From Nitrososphaerota archaeon (GTDB lineage: Archaea; Thermoproteota; Nitrososphaeria_A; Caldarchaeales; Calditenuaceae): a DNA stretch of 64,000 nt. Below the pieces are notes generated by a model. It did not search any database. It was not told the DNA's origin and was given only the letters and a program-made list of their open reading frames with translations. The position numbers were made by a program, and so were the translations under genes. The stretch is taken from the NCBI GenBank assembly GCA_041641295.1, contig JBEPYO010000001.1, forward strand, positions 672,001 to 736,000, given 5' to 3'. This document shows, one piece after another, positions 20,691-28,394 of this stretch (positions are counted from its first letter, which is position 1; every line of letters begins with the position of its first letter).

Positions 20691-21800
20691 CTAGGTTGAT
20701 GTGGCTAAAAAACCTCCTCCGCCCTCACGCCCCTCCTCTCCACCACTCTTCTGTTCTCTCTTTTTTCTAAGGGCCGCCCGCCTAGCCTCCCGGCGATAGT
20801 ATTGTATAGGGTTCTTGATGCCTGGACAAAGTCTTCCATCCTCGACGCAGAGGCCGTGTGTCTTCATTGTGCTGCATGAGGGGGGTGTGTATTTGACCCT
20901 GCTACCCCTCTGCCCCGCTATATGCTCTGTCTGGTAGCGCGCGATTTTTTCGTTGAAGTCGCTTCTCTGAGAGTACATGGCTAGGACCTGCTCTTGGGTG
21001 TATCCTGCCGTGAGCATGAAGGCGGCTAGGGCAAAGTTGGCGAAGTGGCCTACACCAAGCCCTGCGAGGAGTTCTTTCTTTATCTTAGCCATGCAGGGGG
21101 GCCAGTATTCTTCGCTTACCTGCCCCACCTCAGCCTCATAACTCCTCTTCACCGCAAGCATCTCCCTGATCCTCTTCGCAACAGTTGAGAGTGAGTCAGG
21201 AAGCGGGGTTCCTCGGGCATCCTCATAGCGGCTCATAATCCGCTTCTGGATCGCCTCGACGGCAACCCTTGCAAGCTCCTTCGGGGTTACATAGACCCAG
21301 CCCTTCCTCACAACCCTATTCACCAGCTTCCACTCAAGAGAGTCTATCCGCGCGGTCAGGGCTAGATAGTGGGGGACCCAGACCTTGTATGCTCCGAGCT
21401 CAGACTCAGTGGGCGGTGAGGGCTCAACCTTGATGCCTAGCTCTGATTTGAGGAGTTCCGCCACGACCTCGGGGACCTCCTCCTCTAAGAATCTACCGCA
21501 TCTGAGGGACTCGGCCAAGGCCCACCGCCGAGCTAGCCAGTTATCACCGATGGAGGCCACGAGCAGTAGTGCTATGGCGAAGCTGAGAACCTCGACCTCC
21601 TCGTCCTGATGTAGCCCGATCACGGCTTCCTCCCCTCTCTCCAGCGCCTCAGCTATCCTGCTTAGAGCCCTCTCTACGTCGCGCCCAAACCTCTCTGAGC
21701 CCAGCTCGTCAATGGAGATTCCCCTTCTCGCCAAGTAGTCCCTAGCTGCGGCTATGAATGGGTACTTGGCCAGCATCCTCTCAGAGCGTAGCATAGACAA
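20691..21800 (-). CDS. priL: DNA primase large subunit
   Basis: KYPF, WKLVNR.V.KGWVY, PPCM, DFNEKIARYQ.EH and Y.PPSC..MK..GLC (Fe-S Cys) motifs. Confidence 0.95.
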   Translation of the reverse strand: MSMLRSERMLAKYPFIAAARDYLARRGISIDELGSERFGRDVERALSRIAEALERGEEAVIGLHQDEEVEVLSFAIALLLVASIGDNWLARRWALAESLRCGRFLEEEVPEVVAELLKSELGIKVEPSPPTESELGAYKVWVPHYLALTARIDSLEWKLVNRVVRKGWVYVTPKELARVAVEAIQKRIMSRYEDARGTPLPDSLSTVAKRIREMLAVKRSYEAEVGQVSEEYWPPCMAKIKKELLAGLGVGHFANFALAAFMLTAGYTQEQVLAMYSQRSDFNEKIARYQTEHIAGQRGSRVKYTPPSCSTMKTHGLCVEDGRLCPGIKNPIQYYRREARRAALRKKREQKSGGEEGREGGGGFLATST

Positions 21801-21956
21801 GAGGGGCTACCACCCAGCCATCGTGAGTGTGTAGGCACTGCTTAAATAGGCTACACCTCGACAACCTCCTCATGGGATTATCTTTCGGCGAGGTGTGGGT
21901 AAACGTTTTTAGACCACATACCGCGACTTGGGCCCCAGAAAGGGTAGCCCGGCGGG

Positions 21957-22649
21957 ATGCGGTATCTTGGGCCGCTAGACAAGATAGTAGGCCACTTCTG
22001 TGGTGAGGGGTATTCAGTCTCGGTGGGAGACGGGATTGTCTGGCTGAGCAGGGACGGCTTCAAGGGCGCGGTATGGGTCGTACCGATCGGCGGGGGGCTA
22101 GACGAGATTCTCTGGGCCGTAATGGGCGCGACAGAGTACGCTAACAAGTTTGGAAATTCGTATGTCGCCCTACCCGTAAACCTCGCCAAACGAATAGACG
22201 AGAGCCACTTCTGGACCTATGGCATCGGACTAGTCGTCTACGACGAGGAGACGGTTAAGGAGATACTCCAGCCACGCCCAAGAGCCGAGCCCAGAGAACA
22301 GTCCATCACCACCTATTCTGAACAGAGAGATATCAAGACAGATGAGGAGAGTGGTCGCCTAGATAACGCGTTGCTTGAGGAGTTGCTTAGACGAGTCGAA
22401 AGGCTTGAGAGGGAGATTGCTAGGCTCGAGGAGCTGGAATTGCTGATGGCTAGGGTCGAGGCGTTGGAAAGCAGGGCTGAAAACAGAGAGAAAGCATATC
22501 ATAAGCCCTCACCACAAGTCGCGCCAGCCACAATACAATACCAAACCACGACAACACACGCTACAAGTAGTCGGAGCCGCTCAGAGGACAGGCTCCCATC
22601 CTACCTCCAAGACAATCCCTGGATAGAAGTTCTGGCGTCTAAAAGGTAG
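21957..22649 (+). CDS. Hypothetical protein: nuclease-like N-domain, coiled coil, low-complexity linker, short C-terminal motif
   Basis: SYVALP...GIGLVVYD; heptad region LLRRVERLEREIARLEE; C-terminal LPSYLQDNPWIEVL. Confidence 0.7.
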   Translation: MRYLGPLDKIVGHFCGEGYSVSVGDGIVWLSRDGFKGAVWVVPIGGGLDEILWAVMGATEYANKFGNSYVALPVNLAKRIDESHFWTYGIGLVVYDEETVKEILQPRPRAEPREQSITTYSEQRDIKTDEESGRLDNALLEELLRRVERLEREIARLEELELLMARVEALESRAENREKAYHKPSPQVAPATIQYQTTTTHATSSRSRSEDRLPSYLQDNPWIEVLASKR

Positions 22650-22657
22650 GAGATAGC

Positions 22658-23992
22658 CTATCTTATCTCGATATACTGGTAAGCCTCGGTCAGGTTGCTG
22701 AATGCGTAGTGGACCTTGTTGTAGTCTTTCCTGAACTCGGCGACCTCCTGCCTAATCCTCTTAGGATCCTCACCCCGGACGACTACCCTAGCTATGAACC
22801 GGGCTATCTCCTTCATCTCGCTCGGCCCCATCCCCAGCCTCGTGACCTCCTGCACACCTATCCTGATACCGCTCGGATTCCTATAATCCGTCTTCAACTC
22901 ATAGTCCTTTGGTATGAGGTTTCTGTTCAACACAATCCCCGCCTCCTCCAGCTTTACCTCCGCATCCCTACCACCCATGAACTTGCTCACATCTATCAAG
23001 ACTATGTGCGACTCTGTGTATCCCAGCTCCTCGTACAGTGGGGATAGACCCTCCTCGTGCAGGGCCTCTGCGATGGCTTTTGCATTTCTTACGATGTCGC
23101 GGGCATACTGGTGGTAGAAGGCCAGCGCCTCTGCGAGGGCTATCGTGACTCCGGCTACTGCGTGGAGGTGGTGGTTGCTGTGCAGTGGCGGGAACATTAC
23201 ATTCTTGAGCGGCTCCGCATACTTTTCATTGCTGACAACCATCCCATGCTGCGGGCCAGCCAGCGTCTTGTGCGTACTCATAGTCATCACATCAGCCCCC
23301 TCAGCCAGCGGCTTCTGAAAGACTCCACCCGCGATTAGCCCAGCCACGTGGGCTGCGTCATAGACCACGGCAGCCCCATACTCTGAGGCAAGCTCAGCAA
23401 CCTCCCTTACAGGGTGTGGGAAGAGGAATACGCTTGCGCCGAGCATGAAGATTTTGGGCCTCAACCCGCCCTCCTTCTCGAGACGCCTCCTAGTCCCATC
23501 CACGTCGATATTGAACCTCTCGTAGTCAAACTCGTATCTAACCACCTCTAACCCCCTGACCCTTCCAGCAGTCCCATTCCACGAACGCTTACCATGGCTT
23601 ATGTGGCCTCCATGTGGCACAGCGAGGGCAACCATCACGTCCCCCGGCTCCGCGAGAGCGGTATAGGCCGCAAGATTAGCTACAACTCCCGATATAGGCC
23701 TCAGGTCTGCAAAAGGCGCATCGAAAACTTTCTTCGCAAGCTCAACACCCATAAGTTCCACCTCGTCAATCCACCTACAACCGGCGTAGAGCCTCTCGCC
23801 CGGATACCCCTCCGCATACCGGTTACCAAAATCGCTGGCGAGAGCCTCCCTCACAGCCGGGCTGGGGACATTCTCGCTTGCGACCAGAGGGATAGCGCTC
23901 CTGAAAAACTCGTGATGCGCCCTCAAACACTCTAAGACCCTCCTGAAGTACCTGTATCCTAACTCGTAATTCTCCTTAAACTGCAGCTCCAC
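22658..23992 (-). CDS. glyA: Serine hydroxymethyltransferase
   Basis: LVASEN, RYAEGYPG.R.Y.G, GGHISH, DAAH, STHKTLAGP and SGIRIG motifs. Confidence 0.97.
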   Translation of the reverse strand: MELQFKENYELGYRYFRRVLECLRAHHEFFRSAIPLVASENVPSPAVREALASDFGNRYAEGYPGERLYAGCRWIDEVELMGVELAKKVFDAPFADLRPISGVVANLAAYTALAEPGDVMVALAVPHGGHISHGKRSWNGTAGRVRGLEVVRYEFDYERFNIDVDGTRRRLEKEGGLRPKIFMLGASVFLFPHPVREVAELASEYGAAVVYDAAHVAGLIAGGVFQKPLAEGADVMTMSTHKTLAGPQHGMVVSNEKYAEPLKNVMFPPLHSNHHLHAVAGVTIALAEALAFYHQYARDIVRNAKAIAEALHEEGLSPLYEELGYTESHIVLIDVSKFMGGRDAEVKLEEAGIVLNRNLIPKDYELKTDYRNPSGIRIGVQEVTRLGMGPSEMKEIARFIARVVVRGEDPKRIRQEVAEFRKDYNKVHYAFSNLTEAYQYIEIR

Positions 23993-24093
23993 TCCGTCTC
24001 ACGAAGTGGCGAGTCAAAACCTCTTATTTAAGGGTTCAGAGCCACATAACCCTGTTCGGACCACCGGCTCTTGGCATCCTCAGCCTAGAGACC

Positions 24094-25119
24094 CTATCTA
24101 TGCCTCGCTAATGCCCTTATCCCCTTCCTTATACAGCCATACTTGAAGCTCATAATACTGCTAATAACTAGGTTAGAGACTGATATTGTAAGGAAGAACA
24201 GTATTACAATGCCTGCCGCATTGACGCTGCCAAGCAGCAATATCTGCAGCGGCACGTAGAACGGGAATAACATGCTTGCCAACGGGCCCGCAAAGTACAT
24301 TACGGCAAAGCCTGACGCAGACGCGCTACTCCTCTCCCTATCTATCCGAAGCCCTAAGGCAATAAACAGTATCCTGTACTGCGGGCTTATCTTCAACGCT
24401 CTAACCAAGTTTGATATGCCGATGTAGAAGTTGGAGAATCTTACACCCACTAGCGCACCAACTATGAGATGGGATAGATCGTGTGTAAAGAACCATAGTA
24501 GGAGCCATGAAACTCCACTTGCTATGAACAGCAAGAGCTGGCCGAGATTAAGATACAGAGCGTATATGGGAATAAGTAGACCTAGTATTGTCATTACCAG
24601 GCTTAATGCTATTCCTTTACCGAGGCCTATAACGGTGGGGTCGTCATATCTCACCGTAAGGCTGCTATCCGCCTCCAACAGCTTCCGGATCATCTGGTTT
24701 CTGTATTTCAGTATGCTCGCGATTATCCTCCCAGCGAATCTATCCCCTATAGGCCCGAGGACTGCCCTGAACTCTATCCTATCCTCTATAACGCATCTAT
24801 GCCCGCCCTCATATTCACCACCCGCCTCCCTTACACTATGTGCATGTCTCCAGAGAAGGAAAGGCAAGCCAATGGCCTCATCGGTGAACCCCCTACCCTC
24901 TTCGTAATCCTTAACTATGGAGTACCATTCAAACCTCTGGCCTAGAAGCCTAGCCTCCATCCTTATCTTAGATCCATTAGATATCTTCTCAGGTGCTTCA
25001 AGTACTCTGAACCTAAGAGTCTCAGGATATACGAGTTCTATATTTTTTGGATTTGCTATGAACCTGAATGCCGTGTTAGCGTCTATTCCAACTTCTACAC
25101 GCGCTGAGACAACGCCCAT
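24094..25119 (-). CDS. SRPBCC domain fused to an M50-peptidase-like membrane domain
   Basis: N-half F.D....PF..W.H.H (SRPBCC); C-half TM helices with HDLSH and AGP. Confidence 0.7.
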   Translation of the reverse strand: MGVVSARVEVGIDANTAFRFIANPKNIELVYPETLRFRVLEAPEKISNGSKIRMEARLLGQRFEWYSIVKDYEEGRGFTDEAIGLPFLLWRHAHSVREAGGEYEGGHRCVIEDRIEFRAVLGPIGDRFAGRIIASILKYRNQMIRKLLEADSSLTVRYDDPTVIGLGKGIALSLVMTILGLLIPIYALYLNLGQLLLFIASGVSWLLLWFFTHDLSHLIVGALVGVRFSNFYIGISNLVRALKISPQYRILFIALGLRIDRERSSASASGFAVMYFAGPLASMLFPFYVPLQILLLGSVNAAGIVILFFLTISVSNLVISSIMSFKYGCIRKGIRALARHR

Positions 25120-25277
25120 TCCTTCTCATCTTTATGGATTGGCACTTATAACACTATTATAAATTCAGACTCTTTACAATCTTCGAGTTTATGCTGTAGA
25201 TGCTGCCCACAGCTCAGATTTAAGGCTCTTATACCTAGTGCGGCCTGCCTTATCCTCGGAGCCGGGGGTGAAGGTGT

Positions 25278-25835
25278 CTGGGCAAGAAGTACGGGCGCGG
25301 AGACAGCGGCATGACAGACCTATTCGGCGGGGGAAGGGTTTCTAAGAGCGACCTGAGGGTTGAGTGTTATGGCGAGGTCGACGAGCTATCGTCGATCATA
25401 GGCCTCTGTAGATCGTTGCTGGGTGAAAAGTATCCCGAGATTAGCAAGATGCTGCAAGATGTCCAGACTGCCTTGTTTAGGATGGCGGCTGAGCTGGCGA
25501 GCGGGGATTCGGGAAAGCTTGGGCTGGAGTTGATAGGGGAGCGTGATGTAGCTGTCCTCGATGAGCACGTGGAGAGGATAGAGTCTAGGCTTCCACCTCT
25601 GAGACACTTCATCTATCCGGGCGGATCCCTTCCTGCCAGTATGCTCCACGTTGCTAGGGCCGTCGCGAGGCGGGTTGAGCGGAGAGCTGTAGCATTAAAC
25701 AATAGGGAGGGTATTAACCCCTATATCCTCAGCTATCTCAACAGGCTATCCACGCTTTTCTTCGCATTGGCCAGATATGTGAACATGATGGAGGGTGTCT
25801 CAGAGGATACTTGGCCTGGAAGAGGAATAGAATAG
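25278..25835 (+). CDS. pduO: ATP:cob(I)alamin adenosyltransferase, PduO type
   Basis: GRGDSG.T.L..G.RVSK...R...YGEVDELSS, FIYPGG, RAVARRVER and YLNRLS motifs. The conserved N-terminal motif lies upstream of ATG 25311, implying a CTG start at 25278. Confidence 0.93.
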   Translation: MGKKYGRGDSGMTDLFGGGRVSKSDLRVECYGEVDELSSIIGLCRSLLGEKYPEISKMLQDVQTALFRMAAELASGDSGKLGLELIGERDVAVLDEHVERIESRLPPLRHFIYPGGSLPASMLHVARAVARRVERRAVALNNREGINPYILSYLNRLSTLFFALARYVNMMEGVSEDTWPGRGIE

Positions 25836-25840
25836 CTGCA

Positions 25841-26473
25841 TTATGTTGGCTTCGAGCCCTTCTTCTTCGCCTTGACAAGCTCGGAGACTAGGTACTCGGC
25901 CGAGTCGACCGCCTCCTCTGCGGTGAAGATGCCGAGGTATGAAGAGCTGAACATAATGTTTGCAGTTGGGGACCTGTATATTCTCTCATCACCGACCCAG
26001 AGCTGGAGTAGGAGCTTCACCATGGGGAATAGGTTGAAGGAGTAGCTTAGGCCGCCGAACTTTTCCTTTTCACCGTCAATGGCCCGACAGGCAGCATCGA
26101 ATCCCACCGGATCGTAGCCAAAATGGTCGATTAGGGGTCTATAGACCCGCCTCATCATATTCCCGGCGTATGATTGGCCGTTTGGGAACTTCTCCAGTGG
26201 GATCCACTCTCCCGGCTTGGCCCCCATATACTTGGCCAGATATTTTATGAGTAGATGCGCCAGCTTGGGCTGTGATGGCTTGTGAGTTACAGCATCCGTG
26301 ACTACTCCAGAAGCCAGGTCTAGGACAAATGAGCCGTTAAGGACGTTTACTAGGAACCTGTCCCCTTTCCCCTCTCTTGGAGGGAGGTGGACGACGTGGC
26401 AGAGTTTTACAACCTGCTCGGGTGGGCGCTGTTTAAGCTCGGCTAAAAGGGCGTCCAACTCCTCCCCTTGCAT
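25841..26473 (-). CDS. DUF3786-like protein
   Basis: L.IKYL, WIP....PNG..Y, F..AC..I.G, FP...L....W.GDE and ANI.F patterns. Confidence 0.7.
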   Translation of the reverse strand: MQGEELDALLAELKQRPPEQVVKLCHVVHLPPREGKGDRFLVNVLNGSFVLDLASGVVTDAVTHKPSQPKLAHLLIKYLAKYMGAKPGEWIPLEKFPNGQSYAGNMMRRVYRPLIDHFGYDPVGFDAACRAIDGEKEKFGGLSYSFNLFPMVKLLLQLWVGDERIYRSPTANIMFSSSYLGIFTAEEAVDSAEYLVSELVKAKKKGSKPT

Positions 26474-26551
26474 ACATTTTTGGAGGTTTAGCCTGCATAA
26501 AATGATTTTATGACCGGCCGCCTAGATTATTAGCCCCGGCCGACGGCAACC

Positions 26552-27085
26552 CTAATAGTGCCCCATATGCGATTCCTCTGCCGGGGTCTCTAAGTGCTGC
26601 TCCCTCGCCTCGAAATCTATTTCAGCCCCGCTGCCCAGTATCAGTCTAACCCTAACATATTGTACATCCTCAGGTATCTTCCCTATCAGCATGACATGAT
26701 ACCCATCACCCTCGACGCCAAGGGCCCGAACCTCTCCCCCCGGCGGAATACATATCTTCTCAACCCCCTGCATCTTAGCAACGCCATTCTCGATGACCGT
26801 GCGGTGCAGCTCAGCCCTAATTCCTGACGGCTCAAGAGCCTCGACGCCAACAATGCACGCCTCCACCAAACCATGGTTATACGCTATAAAGAACACTCCC
26901 CCACCCATCGCCCCCCTTCTAAAGAAGGCCCCATGCACTTCAACACTCTCACCACTCTGGGATGAGAGTAGGAGAAAGGCGCCAACCACCACAGCCGCAA
27001 CAATCACTACAGAGACAGATACCAGCCACATCCTCTGGAGACCATCCACGCGGCCAAGCTTGTTGCCACGGGATAAATCAGCCAA
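26552..27085 (-). CDS. Copper chaperone PCu(A)C family, membrane anchored
   Basis: ELH.T...NGV.KM...GYHVML Cu(I) motif; N-terminal TM. The true start may be ~27031. Confidence 0.82.
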   Translation of the reverse strand: MADLSRGNKLGRVDGLQRMWLVSVSVVIVAAVVVGAFLLLSSQSGESVEVHGAFFRRGAMGGGVFFIAYNHGLVEACIVGVEALEPSGIRAELHRTVIENGVAKMQGVEKICIPPGGEVRALGVEGDGYHVMLIGKIPEDVQYVRVRLILGSGAEIDFEAREQHLETPAEESHMGHY

Positions 27086-27194
27086 AGCTTCCCAGCCCGC
27101 AATAATAACCCCTCCAGTTTAAAAGCATTCTACACTTCACGACAAACGGGTTCCACAAACATGTTAAAATGCTATTCATATAGTATCGGTTAGA

Positions 27195-28283
27195 ATGCCT
27201 CTCCGAGTTGTCGGAATAGATCCCGGTACCAAGAGTTTTGATGTCTTTGGACTGGAAGATGAGCATGTGATTGTTGATGTCTCCATTCCATCTGGAGAGG
27301 TTGCTTTAAATCCGAAGATCCTCGTAGACCTGCTCCACGGACTGGAGCCCCTTGACCTAGTGGTTGGTCCCTCAGGCTATGGGGTCCCACTCAAACACAT
27401 CTCGGAGATTAGTAGCGAGGACCTCTTCTTCATGACACTTGTCAGACCAGATGATAAAGACATACCGGTTCTAGTCGGGCTGAGCAAGGTCGTACAAGAG
27501 CTGAAGAAACATGCCTTCAACATCTACTTCATACCGGGGGTGATACATCTCCCCACAGTCCCACCCCACAGAAAGGTTAACTCCATAGACCTCGGGACTG
27601 CTGACAAACTCTGTGTTGCGGCCCTCGCAGTTTACGACTACTCTAGAAGGCATGGTGTGCCGCTAGGAGACGTGTCTATACTGGTTGTGGAGGTTGGTTA
27701 TGGCTACAACGCCGTAATGGCGGTTGACGGTGGAGTGGTAGTTGATGGGGTTGGGGGTACGAAGGCGGGTCCAGGATTTCTTACGGCGGGCGGGCTCGAC
27801 GGCGAGGTCGCATATCTCTTAGGCACTCTGAGGAAGGAGATGCTCTTCAAGGGTGGTGTAAAGAGTATAGCGGGTATAGACGTAGAGCCCGAAAACTTCT
27901 ATGGGCTGGCCCAAAGGAGCAGGTCTGTGAAGATCGCGTGGGATGCTTTCATCGAGGGTATAGAGAAGACGGCCTGGTCCCTAACTCCTGTTCTCAGCAA
28001 GGTTGACGCGGTACTAGTCTCTGGGAGGCTGAGTAGAGTCGAGCCAATATACAGTGAGTTATCGAGACGCCTGAAACGTATAGCCCCAGTCGAGAGGGTT
28101 AGTGGCTTCGGGGCTAGGTCAAAAGAGGCTGCACAGGGCGCTGCACTAATAGCAAATGGATTGGCGGGCGGCTTCGCAAAAGAGTTAGTCGAGCGACTGA
28201 GGATCAGGGAGTCGGGGGGGACGGTGCTGGACTATGTATATATCGAGAATTTGAAAGAAAAGATGACTACTTACCATGTTTGA
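27195..28283 (+). CDS. DUF1464 family ASKHA-fold (kinase-like) protein
   Basis: GIDPGTKSFD, GPSGYG, PGVIHLPTVP..RK.N.ID.GTADK and KEAAQGAA motifs. Confidence 0.82.
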   Translation: MPLRVVGIDPGTKSFDVFGLEDEHVIVDVSIPSGEVALNPKILVDLLHGLEPLDLVVGPSGYGVPLKHISEISSEDLFFMTLVRPDDKDIPVLVGLSKVVQELKKHAFNIYFIPGVIHLPTVPPHRKVNSIDLGTADKLCVAALAVYDYSRRHGVPLGDVSILVVEVGYGYNAVMAVDGGVVVDGVGGTKAGPGFLTAGGLDGEVAYLLGTLRKEMLFKGGVKSIAGIDVEPENFYGLAQRSRSVKIAWDAFIEGIEKTAWSLTPVLSKVDAVLVSGRLSRVEPIYSELSRRLKRIAPVERVSGFGARSKEAAQGAALIANGLAGGFAKELVERLRIRESGGTVLDYVYIENLKEKMTTYHV

Positions 28284-28394
28284 CTGTATAATGTTTAATT
28301 CAAGTTACGTTAAATGTTTAGATTACTAAGCCGAGACGACGCGTCATCTTCACATATATATCGTGGCTGGTCTGCCTAAACCACGAGGACAGGA

